Origin: Felis catus
Lineage: Eukaryota
Direction of reading: 5' to 3'
Assembly: GCF_018350175.1 (NCBI RefSeq)
Contig: NC_058368.1
Coordinates: 155,436,001 to 155,500,000 of the forward strand
DNA length: 64,000 bases
The notes beneath the pieces were generated by a model. The model had not been told where the DNA came from. It saw only the letters and a list, made by a program, of their open reading frames with translations, and ran no database searches. Made by a program: the position numbers and the translations under genes. Within the stretch, counting starts at the first letter, position 1. The number at the start of each line of letters is the position of its first letter. This document shows positions 1 through 12,924 of the stretch, in pieces.

Positions 1-270
1 GTGGTAAAAGCATTAAAACAGACTTATAGATGAACAGAACAGAATAAAGAGCCCAGAAATAAACCCACACGTATATATGGTCAACTAATCTGCAACAAAG
101 AAGCCAAGAATATACAAAGGGGAAAGAATAGACTCTTCAGTAAACAGTGCTGGGAAAACCAGATAGCCACATGCAAAAAAATGAAACTAGACTGCTACCT
201 TACATCACTAACAAAAATGAAGATGAAATGGATTAAAGACTTAAATGTAAGGCCTGAAACCATAAAACTC
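1..270 (+). mobile_element. L1 ORF2 3' fragment
   Basis: Typical L1 ORF2 sequence (gaacagaacagaataaagagcccagaaataaacccacac...aatggattaaagacttaaatgtaag). Confidence 0.85.
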
Positions 271-1167
271 CCAGCCTACCATTACTAAAAATCTTTGGCC
301 AAAGGTTAGCCTTTATGGGGATTTGCTCACCAGGTTCTCATTACCTTAAATGATAGGAAAACTCAAGCTGTGATTTTTGGTTAAAATGGTCCTAGGTTCT
401 TTGGCAAAAGTAAATGCAAATCCTCTCTAAAGAAAAGTAGCTTTATTCTAAGCCTCCAGGATTCTCCAAATAATATTTCAAGGGCAATGAGAAAGATAAT
501 ACAAGGACACAAAACACAAGGAGACAAAAGCCTACACAAATAAAAAACAAATGCAAGAGACCCATTAATACTTTAAATATTAGAATTATCAGAGACAAAT
601 TATAAAACTATGCTTACTACATTAAAAAATGAATGGCATGCTTAAAAATATCTGCAGGTGTAAGAAACTACAAGAAGTGAAAAAGCAAATTAGGAAAAGA
701 ATCAAATGGAATTTCTAGAAATTAAAATGACTGTATTTATAAATTAAATATTTGCAAATCACCTCTCTGACAAAATATTAACACCCAGAAAATATAAATA
801 ATACAACTCAACAGCATAAAAACAAATAACTTGGTTTAAAAATGGGTAAAGGATCTGAATAGACATTTTTTCAAAGAAGACTTATAAATGGCCAACAGTT
901 ATATAAAAATACTCAACATCACTAATTGGAAAAGCAAATCAAAACCATAAGGAGATATCATCTCATACCTGTTAGGATGGCTATTATCAAAAAGATGAGA
1001 AAAGGGAATATACGTTGAAATATAAATTGATACAGGTATGGAAAAAGTATGGAGGTTTCTCAAGAATCAAAATTGGAACTACAAACTGTGGGATGTCTGG
1101 CTGGCTCAGTCAGTAAAGCATGTGACTCTGGATATTGGGGGTAGAGTTTACCCAAAAAAAAAAAAAA

Positions 1168-1245
1168 GAAAGGAAGGAAGGAAGGAAGGAAGGAAGGAAG
1201 GAAGGAAGGAAGGAAGGAAGGAAAGAAAGGGAGGAAGGAAGAAAG
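1168..1245 (+). repeat. (GGAA)n microsatellite derived from a SINE tail
   Basis: Direct reading; follows the poly(A) of a truncated SINE. Confidence 0.95.
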
Positions 1246-1978
1246 AAAACAGAACTACCTTATGATCCAGCAATCCTACATCTGTGTACATATTCAAAGA
1301 AAATAAGATCATCTCAAAGAGCTATCTGCATCCCCATGTTCACTATAGCATTATTCACAATAGCTAAGATATGGCAACAACCTAAGTGTCCATCATGGAT
1401 TTTTAAAAAGGAATATTATTTAGCCAACAAAAAAAGGAAGGAGGAGCACTGGGGTGGCTCAGTTAGTTGAGCATCCAACTCTTGACTTCAGCTCATAGTC
1501 TCATGGTTCATGAGTTCGAGAGCCCTGAGGGGGGTTCTGTGCCAACAGCACAGAACCTGCTTGGGATTCTCTGTCTCCTCTCTCTCTGCCCCTCTTCTGT
1601 TCGTGTTCTCTCCCCCTCTCTCTCAAAAATGAGTACATAAACATTTAAAAGAAGAAAAAAAAGGAAGGAAACCCTGCCATTTGCAATAATGTGGATAAAC
1701 TTGGAGGACATTGTGCTAAGTGAATTAAGTCAGACAGAGAAAGACAAATACCATATGATCTCATTTTTATGCAGAATCTAAAAAAGTGAAACTCATAGGC
1801 TAGAAAGTAGAACAGTGGTTGTCAGGGTTGGGGGGCGGGCGGAAATGGGAAAATGTTAATTATAGGGTATGAACTTTCGGTTATAAATTCTGAAGATCTA
1901 ATTATACAGCATAATAGTTAATTATACTGCATTGTATACATGAGATTTGTTAAGAGAGTAGACCTTAGGTGTTCTCAA

Positions 1979-1980
<2 letters not shown>

Positions 1981-2014
<34 letters not shown>
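1981..2014 (+). repeat. (CA)n microsatellite
   Basis: Direct reading. Confidence 0.97.
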
Positions 2015-2017
<3 letters not shown>

Positions 2018-2347
2018 GGTAACTATGTGGAGTGATAGATATGTTAATTAACTTTACTGTGGTAATCATTTCACAATGTATAGGTACATTAAATTATCAT
2101 GTTGTACACTATATAAGAGTAAATTTTTTAAAACTATGCTTTTTCCTGGTTTTGGCACCAAAAAAACCCAAAAAGCAAAAACAAACAAAACTATGATTTG
2201 CCATTAAGAAGTTACTGTGATATACAATATACTTCAGAAAAGTTGTTTAGAAGCTAAAGCGTATACACAAACACGAAGCCTGACATTAGTGAAACAAATA
2301 TTCATAACTGAAACAACGGCCAGGAATGATTAGTCATTATATTCTTG

Positions 2348-2707
2348 TACTATGAGCTAAATAATTGTGTCCCCTCAAAGTTCATGCGTTTAAGTCCTAA
2401 TCCCAATTTAATGGTATTTAGAGGTAGAGCCTTTGGGAGGTAATTAGGTCTTGGGAGTGAAACTCATGAATGGGATTAGTGCCCTTACAAGACATGAGAG
2501 AGATGATCTCTCTCCCCACCACGTGAGGATACAGCAAGTAGGTAGCCATCTGCAAATCAGGAACAAGAGCCTCACCAGACACTGAATCTGTCAGCACCTT
2601 GATCTTGCACTTCCCAGACTTCAGAACTGTGAGGAATAAATGTTTGTCATTTAAGTCACCCAACCAGTTTACGGGATTTGTTATAGCAGTCTGAACTGAC
2701 CTGAACA
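2348..2707 (+). mobile_element. MaLR solo LTR (MLT1A/MST-like)
   Basis: Characteristic tgtgtcccctcaaagttcat...aataaatgtttgtcatttaagtcacc...gttatagcagtctgaac; near-identical 5-bp TSD TCTTG/TATTG. Confidence 0.85.
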
Positions 2708-3449
2708 TATTGAAAAAGCAGCAACTAATTACTTATAGGACCTAAGAAAGAAAAATGCAAGAATATGAAATTGTGCTATGCTTTCTTACAGAGATACAGG
2801 TAAAAGATCATGCATAAAGTAATGCAAATGAAGAAATGTTTGCCAAATCCTTTGGGAAAATGACAAATTTCTAAGCAACGAGGGTCAGTATGACCATTCA
2901 TGCATCACATAATACTATTAATGCATTAGTAACATTTTTGTCTCTTTTAGTGGTGCATAAATAAATGGTACATCTTTCAATTGACGGTATTTTAGATTTA
3001 TGAAAACAGTACTTGAAGAAATCAAAAATTTTCCAGAACTGATCAAAGACACCAATCCACATAATCAAGAAACCAAAAGTTCCCAGGCAATATAAATAAA
3101 AGTAAATCCATACTTAAAGACATCACAAAAAAACTATTTAAGTCTAAAAGAAAAGAACAGGACCTTAAAAACAACCACAGTGGGAGAAAAAAAAATGAAG
3201 GTTACCTTCAAAAGAAGGTCAGATGCCAGGTTTATGAAGCACAAAGTTAAATATTGTTACAATGGCAATTCTCCCCAGGTTGATTCATATATTCAACACA
3301 ATTCCTACCAGAACTTTGGCAGCCTTCTGTAAAAAATTGGTAAAGACAATCCTAAGATTTATATCGAATTGCAAATTACATAAAATTGCAAAATTTACAT
3401 AGAATTTATACAGAATACCAAAACAATTTTGACAAAGGAAAACAAAGCT

Positions 3450-3645
3450 GGGGCACCTGGGTGGCTCGGTCAGTTGAGCATACAACTCTTGATTTTGGCT
3501 CAGGTCGTGATCCCAGGGTCGTGGGATCAAGCCCCACATTGGGCTCCACCCTGAGTGGGGAGCCTGCTTGAGATTCTCTCTCTCTCCCTCTCTGTCTGCT
3601 CCTCTCCCCTACTCACACTCCCTCTCTAAAATTAAATTAAATTTT
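3450..3645 (+). mobile_element. Can-SINE (older SINEC)
   Basis: ggggcacctgggtggctcggtcagttgagc head with A/B boxes, (CT)n and tail. Confidence 0.93.
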
Positions 3646-3860
3646 GGGGCGCCTGGGTGGCGCAGTCGGTTAAGCGTCCGACTTCAGCCAGGTCACGATC
3701 TCGCGGTCCGTGAGTGTGAGCCCCACGTCAGGCTCTGGGCTGATGGCTCAGAGCCTGGAGCCTGTTTCCAATTCTGTGTCTCCCTCTCTCTCTGCCCCTC
3801 CCCTGTTCATGCTCTGTCTCTCTCTGTCCCAAAAATAAATAAACGTTGAAAAAAAATTTA
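3646..3860 (+). mobile_element. Felid-specific SINEC_Fc-type element inserted in the tail of the preceding SINE
   Basis: ggggcgcctgggtggcgcagtcggttaagcgtccgacttcagccaggtcacgatctcgcggtccg...gtcccaaaaataaataaacgttg. Confidence 0.95.
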
Positions 3861-4024
3861 AAAAATTAATTAATTAATTAATTAATTAATTTAATTTAAT
3901 TTAATTTAAAAAAAGAAAGACAAGCAAAGCTGGACAACTTATACTTCCCAATTTCAAAACTTAATATAAAGCTACTTCAGTTGTTATCAACATGATGTTG
4001 TACTGGCAAAGGACAGACATGTAG

Positions 4025-4251
4025 AGGCACCTGGGTGGTTCAGTCCGTTAAACGTCCAACTCTTCATTTCAGCTCATGTCATGATCTCATGGTCATGAGA
4101 TCAAGCCCTGAATCAGGCTCTGCACTGACAGTGTAGAGACTGCTTGGGATTCTCTCTCTCTCCCTCTCTCTCTGCCCCTCCCACACTTGTGCACGTACAC
4201 ACACACACACACACTTTCTCTCTCAAAATAAATAAATAAACTTAAAAAAAA
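4025..4251 (+). mobile_element. Can-SINE
   Basis: Head, CT tract and tail; TSD AGACATGTAG at 4015-4024 and 4252-4261. Confidence 0.93.
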
Positions 4252-4886
4252 AGACATGTAGATCAGTAGAATAGAACTGAGTACAGAAATAAACACTTGT
4301 ATTTATAGTCAACTGACTTTCAACAAAGGTATAAAAGAAAGTCACAGAGGGAAAGGATAGCCTCTTTAATGAATGGTACTAGGAAAACTGAATATTCATA
4401 TAAAAATTAACAGAAAATAAATCAGAAATTTGATTGTTAGAGCTAAAACAAATTTTTAAAAGAAAACACATGTGATTATCTTTAAGACCCTGGGCTAGGC
4501 AAAAATTTCTTAGATATAACAAAAAAGATTTTTGATAAAATAGACCTCACCAAAATTCAAGTCTTTTGTACTTCAAAAGACGCCATTAAGAAAATTAAAA
4601 GACAAGCAACAGAGTGGGAGAAAATATTGCAAAATTTATATCTTATAAGGGACTTGTATACAAAATAGTCAAAGAATTCTTTGTATATAAGAAAAAAACC
4701 AATCTAAAAACTGAGTAAAATTTCCAAAAAAAAAGCATTTCACCAAAGAATATATATGAATGAATAATAAGCATATGAAAAGATATTCAATACCATTAGT
4801 GTAGGAAATGCAAATTAAAACTACAACAAGAAGCAATTTCACACCCACTAGGATGGTTATAATATTTTTTTTTAATAGATGATAAT

Positions 4887-4975
4887 AGGGGCACCTGGCG
4901 GGCTCGGTCAGTAGAGACTCTTGATCTTGGGGTCATGAGTTCAAGCCCCATGTTAGGTGTAGAGGTTACTTTAAA
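4887..4975 (+). mobile_element. Short Can-SINE (tRNA-like head only)
   Basis: Perfect 14-bp TSD TAATAGATGATAAT at 4873-4886 and 4976-4989. Confidence 0.9.
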
Positions 4976-5089
4976 TAATAGATGATAATGTGGGGAAACA
5001 AGAATCCTTACACTTTGCAGGTGGGAATGCAAACACTTTAGGCAATAGTTTGACAGTCTCATATAAAAAGTTGGAAATAAATTTGCCAA

Positions 5090-5306
5090 GGGATGCCTGT
5101 GTGGCTCAGCTGGTTAAGCATTCAACTTCGGCTCAGGTCATGATCTTACAGTTTGCGAATTCGAACCCCGCGTCAGGCACTGTGCTGACAGCTCAGAGCC
5201 TGGAGCCGCCTTCGGATTCTGTGTCTCCCTCTCTCTGCCCCTCCCCTGCTCACACTCTGTCTCTCTCTCTCAAAAATAAATAAACTTAAAAAAGAAAGAA
5301 AGAAAG
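5090..5306 (+). mobile_element. Can-SINE (feliform type)
   Basis: Full head/CT/tail; TSD AAATTTGCCAA on both sides. Confidence 0.93.
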
Positions 5307-6480
5307 AAATTTGCCAAATGACTGGGTAATTCTACTCTTAGGTATTTACCCAAAAGAAATGAAAACATATACAAAGATTTACACATGAATTCTTTTAGCA
5401 GCATTATTCATATTCACAGTCAAAATCTGAAAAAAACTTAAATGTCCATCAACTGATGAAAAGAGAGACAAAATGTGGTATATCTATATAGTGGAATACT
5501 ATTCATCAATAGAAAGAACAAATTACTAATACATGCTTCAACACACATGAAACTCAAAAATATGCTAAGTCAAAGAATGCCAACACAAGAGATCACATAT
5601 TGTGTGACTTGATTTATACAAAATTTCAAGAAAAGGCAAATCTACAGAGACAGAAAACAGATTAGTGTCGTTTGGGGTCAGGGAGAGGGAATGGGGATTA
5701 ACAGGTAACGGACATGAGGTTTCTTATTAGGGTGACAGAAATGTTCTAAAACTAATCGATGATGGCTGCACAAAATTGCTGAATTTATTTTTAAAAATCA
5801 CTGAATTATATACTTGAAATAGGTGAATTTATAATATACAAAATATATCTTCAAAGCTATACACACACACACACACACATATATATCCATATATACATAC
5901 ATATATACATATGTGAAGGTCAGATCAATAATTGACATCACAAAAACAACAGCAAAAACCAGAAAACAGTGGAATGAGATCTTAAATATGATGACAAAAA
6001 TTACTGCTAATCCTGAATTTTACACCCAGCAAAATATGGTTAAAGAATAAAATAAAAAGACTTTGTCAGAACAATAAAAACAGAGTTTGTCATCAACACT
6101 TTCTAGAAGAAATGCCCAAGAATAAACTACTAGTAGCAGAAACATATTCCATATAGAAGATCTAACATGGAAGAATTAACAGCAAATAAAGTGCTAAATA
6201 TGTGAATATTTGTACATAAATATAACATATAAAAAATAGTAACAAGTCTCAAGGGTTAAAAAATATACAAAGCACAATAACAATGTGTCAGGTGGGGGGA
6301 TAAATGGGGTTAAAGTGTTGTAAAGTTTTTGTATTATCCAAAAGGAGGTAAAAGGTACTGATTAACTTTAGACTATGAAAATTATGTTTATTATTCATTC
6401 TAGAGTAACAAATAAATGAACAGAAACAGAGTGTATAACTTCTAAATTACATGGAAAATGGAAAATTTTGAATTATCAAT

Positions 6481-6907
6481 TGTATTCTTCAGGGATATCC
6501 AGAGAAACAGAACTAAAACCAATAGGTAGGATGGATATATACATATTGGTTCATGAAGAGAACTACAGTAAACAAGCTGGAGGCCCAGGACAGCTGATGG
6601 TGTAGTTCCAATCCAAGCCCAAAGGCCTGAGAACTAGGTGAACCAATAGTATAGTTCCTGTCTGAAAGCCAGCTGGCTTGAAACCCAAGAAAAGCTAAAT
6701 GTTTCAGTTCTATACAAACCTTCAACAGATTAGATGAGGCTCATCCATACTGGAAGGGCAATCTTCTTTACTCATCTACCAAGTCAAATATTAATCTAAT
6801 CCAGAAACACCCTCATGAACACACCCAGAATTTTTTACGAAAGAATATTTGACCAAGTCTCTGATTACCATTCTGGCCCAGTGAAGGAGACAAAATTAAT
6901 CATCATG
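6481..6907 (-). mobile_element. ERVL MLT2-type solo LTR
   Basis: tgtatt...ccagagaaacagaac...aaaattaatcatca termini; TSD TCAAT/TCGAT. Confidence 0.82.
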
Positions 6908-7579
6908 TCGATCCAAAGACAGCAAGAACAGAGAGAAAAACAGAAAAGACATGTCAAACAGAAGATGTAAAGACAGCAAAGTCTACCATGTCAGTAAATA
7001 CAATAAATGTAAATAAATTTAAATTCTACTTAGAATCTGCTACATGTCTAAGAGAAAATATATTAATTCAATCCACTCCTTCACCAGCATCTACTCTGTG
7101 TTATCTATGTTTTAGGTACTTGGACACATCAATGAAAAGAACAAAACAATCAGATTACACAATAATAAATAAATGTCTTACATTCGTTTTTGTCTATCTA
7201 GAATATTTAAAAGACTGTGGTGATTTAGAACTTAAGATATTTGTATATAACAGGTTAACTTAAAAGTAAAGGAAGAGCTCAGTAATTAAACGAACAAACC
7301 ATAGGGCATGATTACATGAGGTACCACAGACAAGGAAATTACTGAAAGTATTGTGAGCTTATGGGCAGCCAAAACAAAAAGGGCAAAAGTTACATACTTT
7401 TAATTATTTGGCAAAAGCTTCATACTCTATGGAAGACAGAAACCTTTATTAGCCCTAAATTACAATGAAAACTAACATGGATCCTTCTATATTAGGGGAT
7501 ACCTAAATATATAGGCTGTCCCAAAAGATCCAGTAGCCTTGCTAAGTTTCCTACAAAGACAAGCAGATTCAAACAGAAT

Positions 7580-7700
7580 CTAAATTAAGTCTGAATCCTG
7601 TTCCATCACTTACTGTTTGTACAACCACGGGCAAGTTCCTTAACCTCTCTGAACATGGGTTTCCTCATCTCTAAAATAGATCTATGATTGATGGAGTTAG
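7580..7700 (+). mobile_element. MIR fragment
   Basis: MIR core: gggcaagttccttaacctctctgaac...tttcctcatctctaaaat. Confidence 0.7.
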
Positions 7701-7851
7701 AGAGAAGTTTCATAAAGTATCATGAAGTTTCATAAAGTAATTTTAAAAGAATTTTTGTCATTACTATGGCACATAATCAATAAACATAACAGAAATATAA
7801 ACTGATATAGACTAGAGTTTCTGCTTCTAGATTATAAGACATGGTGCTTTA

Positions 7852-8444
7852 TTTTTTTGTTACCATATAATTATTTTTAATGTCCAGCATTTATAATATA
7901 AGGGCCAGAGTTTTCTTCGCAACTCAAGTTTATAAATTTTCGATTGTCTTGTGAGGCGTATAGGGATACTTCTTCTTGTCTAATCTGCTTTCTGGGAAGA
8001 CTTCATTCAGGTCCTCAATGGTCATCTGATCAAATGGAATTGTGTTCTTCATCTTCTCCAGCTCTTTTTCATATTCCTCAATCCTGGCCTTTGAGAGAGA
8101 CAAAAACTCAGCACAACTTTTCACATCTTCTTCTTCTTCAGCATCCACCTAAATGGTATATTTATCCTCTGGCACAGGAATCTTCAGGGCATTAAACTTC
8201 TTAAAATCATCTACCTACCCAGCCTTCACCACACTGGCCTTATAGTAAGCCCTGTTGAGAGCAGGTAGATTCTCAGGGAGAAGAGCCCACCTGGAGGTGA
8301 GGGTCTCATTCCAGGATGTCAGGGAGTTAGCATTGGCCTTCGTGTCAGGGTATGATCTCCCCAAAACCTACCCAGTATATGGCTTTTAAAGCCAGTTTTT
8401 TCCCAGCCATCTTGAGATCCTTCACTGAACCCCACTGGCCCACC
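7852..8444 (-). pseudogene. ATP5PD: Processed pseudogene of ATP synthase peripheral stalk subunit d (ATP5PD/ATP5H)
   Basis: Minus-strand ATG at 8410 reads MAGKKLALKAIYWVGFGEIIP*, with a premature TGA at 8345-8347 and then a frameshift. The C-terminal part ...IPFDQMTIEDLNEVFPESRLDKKKYPY...IENL* ends at 7930. It is intronless, with an ATTAAA signal, a residual poly(A) at 7852-7858 and a 16-bp degenerate TSD (7836-7851, 8445-8460). Confidence 0.96.
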
Positions 8445-8953
8445 AAGACACAATGCTTTAAAAACAGTTCCACAGAACCAGTGAACTAAAATATGAAAAA
8501 TTTCCAAAAGTGTTCTTAGAAATCTCTAAAAAAAAAACAGTATCAAATATAAATTATTTAACTAAAGAGATAATTGACAATTTTAGATCTTGAGATATAA
8601 GGTTTATGTACTAAAAATTTGTATAAGGCAAATTAGTAAAGTTGGGCTTTTGTTAAATGGGTTTGTCTTTGAGTTAACAACCACTTTGTCTCTTTCCTAA
8701 GCATCAACAATAATCATTATACATGAAAGTAGAGTCCATTTGTGGTTTTGAATGCCATTCTTTTGCAATACTAGCACATAGAGAGCACTCAATTAATAAT
8801 TCTTAATGAGCAAATGGCTATTGGCTATTATCTCTGGAATTAATAGTTTTCACTTCAAGGCAGTTGCCTAATATGTTCTGTGGTGACAGTTTGATAGCTT
8901 GACCCCAGGCATTTTTGTGACTTGTGACATAAATACTTTTTAAAAAGGCCAAC

Positions 8954-9370
8954 TGTGATGATTAATTTTATTCGTCAACTTGGTTATAACTTATGTAGTG
9001 CCCAATTATTTAACAAAACACTAATCTATGTGTTGCTCTGAAAGTATTCTGTAGATGTCGCTACTATCTATAATCAGTTGACTTTAAAGAACGGGCATTA
9101 TCCTCAATAATGTGGGTGGGCCTCATCTGATAAGTTGAAGACTTTAAGAAGAAAAATTGATGATCCTGGACAAGAAGGTATTTTGCCTCCAGACTGCAGC
9201 ATTATCTCCTCAGTTTCCAGCCTGCCAGCCTGCCCTACAGATTTTAGACTTGCAGCCTGTACAAGACTGTGAGCCACTTTCTTAAAATAAATCATAAACA
9301 TATACGTGTATATGTATATGTTATATGTATCTTATCAGTTCTATTTCTCTGGGGAACCCCCAGTGATACA
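8954..9370 (+). mobile_element. ERVL MLT2-type solo LTR
   Basis: TGTGATGATTAATTTTA...GTCAACTTGG start and ttctctggggaaccc...ataca end; TSD CCAAC/CCAAT. Confidence 0.88.
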
Positions 9371-9864
9371 CCAATAAAAGTGAATGATGTTTTTTAGGCT
9401 GTAAAGTACTACATAGACATCAAAAGTAGAACACACCAAATGATACTATATATTGGCTTCAACCTTTTGTTTTAATTAAAACAAAATGTTTTTTCTTTGA
9501 TATCAATCCTAGATTACAGATACCAACCAGCATCTATCACCTTTAATATCCATGTCCCTTGAGTCTTCTTGCATAATAATAGTGATTTCTCAGAATCAAA
9601 ACCATACATCATTAAATCCAATTAAAAGGAGATTCTAAAACAACTCTTTTAAAGATTATCCAACACATCAACAACACAGACAACTGAAATCATACAGAAT
9701 GCACTTATACTATATCAGTACTCATGTAATAAAAAAGATACCATAATTGTGTACCCCATACCTATTAATCTGTAGTTCTACCCTTTAGCATACACCTAAG
9801 GAAGATAAATAAAGATCTTATCAAATCTAGGCCCATGAAGGATTAACCAAAAATACTCAGTACT

Positions 9865-10021
9865 ATTTATTTATTTATTTATTTATTTATTTATTTGTTT
9901 GTTTGTTTATTTATTTATAAAGATTTTATTTTTAAGTAATCTCTACACCCAATATGGGGCTCAAACTCACAACCTCAAGATCAAGAGGTTGCTCCACTGA
10001 CTCAGCCTGCCAGGTAGGCCC
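9865..10021 (-). mobile_element. Short Can-SINE with (TTTA)n tail
   Basis: Reverse-complement SINE head and tetranucleotide tail. Confidence 0.8.
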
Positions 10022-10073
10022 CACCCAATGCTTTTTAACAAGTCAGTTTATATCACCAAAATAGAAAATGTCA

Positions 10074-10299
10074 TTTTTTTTTTTTAATTTTTTTTTCAAC
10101 ATTTATTTATTTTTGGGACAGAGAGAGACAGAGCATGAACGGGGGAGGGGCAGAGAGAGAGGGAGACACAGAATCGGAAACTGGCTCCAGGCTCTGAGCC
10201 ATCAGCCCAGAGCCCGACGCGGGGCTCGAACTCACGGACCGCGAGATCGTGACCTGGCTGAAGTCGGACGCTTAACCGACTGCGCCACCCAGGCGCCCC
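10074..10299 (-). mobile_element. Very young SINEC_Fc-type element
   Basis: CpGs largely intact, long tail, TSD AGAAAATGTCA at 10063-10073 and 10300-10310. Confidence 0.97.
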
Positions 10300-12924
10300 A
10301 GAAAATGTCACTTTTAACATAAAAACTAGAATAGGTACACCAACATAATGTTGATCTGGAGAAATGCAACATATTTAATCACATAATCTGAGACACTGGA
10401 CCATGTTACCAAAGTGCACATTTTATTGTCTTGTACATTTTGTGGGATAAGGAAAGCAGAATAAATATCAAGGATTAAAGTATAAACTGGAACACAAGTC
10501 TTTGGCAGATTTTCTTTATACTGGACATCCTGACCCCCTTTATACACTTACCAAGAAAGACAAATACCAGAAATTCCTTCTTGAATATTTTCTTTCAGTT
10601 TCCCTATAATCTCCAGATACTCCCATTCTCTCTCCCAATGATTGTCCTAATGCTAAATTGTTCAAAGGAAGCAATTAATTGAAAAGCAATCATGTTGTAC
10701 ATCACAAAATGGAAACAATCTAGCAATCTCTTTTATTTAATCAACATAAACAAATGATCAAAATAATTCAGTCCATTTCTGGGGCCTGAAAACATATTTT
10801 TTGTCTCCTCCTTTCCACCCCACTCTTCTTCTATTCCCAAGTCCTATGGCCAGGTCACGGCAGCAAAAGCCCACTTTATCATATACTGCTTACCTCAATC
10901 TACATGAAGAAGTACAATGCGGCTGCTAGATTCCAAATGTACAGCTATGTCAAAGTAAAAACCATCAAACCAGGCTTGAAAATGGCAGTATTCTATTGCC
11001 TCAGTGGAGCTTATGGTCATTCTACAAAATCTACTGAAGTTATAAAACACTTAAAAGTTTTTTCTATAATTAATAAATTGATCCTCTGTCTCTCCATTTC
11101 TAATTCCTTAATTCCAATACCCAGATGGCTTATATTGTTAAAAACATCTATGGAGGATTAATCTTTTGGTCATAATTTTTAAATGGATGCAATAATTGAT
11201 TATATATATAATTCACTGCCTAATCAGAAATAAAACTGTGATCTCATAAAAGATGTTTAATAGCAATTTTAACTACTAGGCACATAATTAATGGTTAGGG
11301 TATTAAAAATTAAACTTCAAGGTGGCTAAAGCATAAATTTAAAAACTTTAGACAATTTCAAAGAAAACAAAACATTAAAATAAAAAGTTCATAATTGTGT
11401 TTCTAAAAGTATGTGTAATAATACATCGCTATTCTACATTTTCATATAAATTAATAGTAGATATTATTCACCAAAAAAATTTTGTAAAATATTTTTAAAG
11501 ACAGTGGAATAGCAATAAAACATTTTTTAAATAACTGAATAGCAATAAAACCATTTTTAGTTATAAAGAAATCTTACATATAAAAGAGAGCAAAGAAAGT
11601 AAGTTAAAGGCAATGGAACGCTGCAACACTAATTACTCTGTTTTTATATAAGGGAAAATATGGCAGCACAATTCGGTGATTGTTATATATGCAAAGCTTC
11701 CACTAACGTTGATGATGTCGTCCTCATAAGAAATATACAACTACCTTACCTTATGTAATTTTTTTTTATTAGTAAGGGGATCCATAACAACACCGTTACA
11801 TAATTGGGGCCCTACATTCCCATGCCTGACGATTTTCAATGAACAAACCTCACTAAGGTAATGACTGAATTTAGTGCAAGATTCTCAAATTCTAAATATA
11901 TCACATTAAGGAACACCCATTTTATTTTCAATTGCTTGAGTGGATGGGATTAAAGCAAATGCAGTTGTACTATAGGAATTTTCTGCCACTCAACTGCCAG
12001 TGAAGTAATGCATGAAGAATTCTTATTAAGTCAAAAGAGAAGAGAATGCATTTGAAAGCATAATTTACCCCCTTGATTAAGTTTTACGAATGGAAAGATT
12101 CAAGATTCAAGGCACTATGGACCCTTTTCCCAACTCAAAAAGAGACCCTTTTTATTAATAACCATTAAAATGCTCCACATTTTAAAGTATGCAACATCAT
12201 GGCCTCATTACAAATTAGGTATTTAGGGAAAACCGCATTTCCTTCAAAGGAAAATGTTAACAACATACAATTCCTTCATCATGCATTTTTAAATACTAAG
12301 GAAAGTTATGCAACTGTTTTCACAACCAAGGCTCAGGCAACTGCCCAAGAGGCCTATAGAATTGATATCAATAGGAGTTTTATGCCTGATGGAAAACCAG
12401 TCTACAGATTTTTTTAATCTGAAAAATAATGTCATCACTGTGAATTCCACTTTGGAATACAAAAGCAAGGATTACACCGTGTTGTTAAAGTGTTAACAAA
12501 TGCATTTCATTCTTTGAAAAGGCTATATAATTTTCCTAAAATAAAGAGTTGATTGTATCTCTTATTACTGTTACAAGAATTTGATATATCACAAGGTTTA
12601 AGAGTTACAGCATGTGCCAACTATCAACCAGAAAAAATGAACCTGATTCATAATTCACTTTGAAATGTCTAGTTAGTCAATCAAGTGATTTGTAATCATG
12701 AAGACTGCCAGAAATGGAGTGAATAATGAGCTACAGTAAAATCTCTGGATTTTTTTTAGTATTCTTTTTCATTATGTGACTTTTGTTGCCATTTTTGATC
12801 ACTGTTTCTCAGCAGCACACATATTTACTTACAAATTTTTGACTATTAAATAGGTTAAAGGATACACAAATTGAATGACCAGAGTATTTAATGTCTTCCC
12901 ACAAAATTAAAAGTCTTACTGTTT

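Larger units (their letters stand above)
745..2120 (+). mobile_element. Degenerate L1 3' end (L1MA-like) interrupted by two Can-SINEs (~1090-1165, ~1445-1660) and microsatellites
   Basis: L1 ORF2 C-terminal motifs (ELPYDPAI, MFTIALFTIAKIW) and 3' UTR; SINE heads ggctggctcagtc and gggtggctcagtt. Confidence 0.85.
3225..5914 (+). mobile_element. 5'-truncated L1 (L1MB-like) inserted into an older L1 remnant; hosts five Can-SINEs
   Basis: L1 ORF2 and 3' UTR motifs; flanked by direct repeats GAAGGTCAGAT (3214-3224, 5915-5925); tail degenerated to a CA/TA repeat. Confidence 0.8.

Noticed and set aside
3568..3849. Recurrent ORFs such as GAPGWRSRLSVRLQPGHDLAVRE (also 10096-10320)
   Set aside because: Translations of SINEC copies, not a gene family.
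4887..4975. tRNA-like A/B boxes (also 17333-17460)
   Set aside because: tRNA-derived SINE heads with TSDs or tails; no intact cloverleaf.
7704..7739. 16-bp tandem duplication GAAGTTTCATAAAGTA
   Set aside because: Two copies at the edge of a MIR remnant; an ordinary slippage duplication, not an array.
7930..8148. 72-aa ATP5PD-like ORF as a functional gene
   Set aside because: No ATG start; an upstream premature stop and frameshift, poly(A) and TSD show a dead retrocopy.
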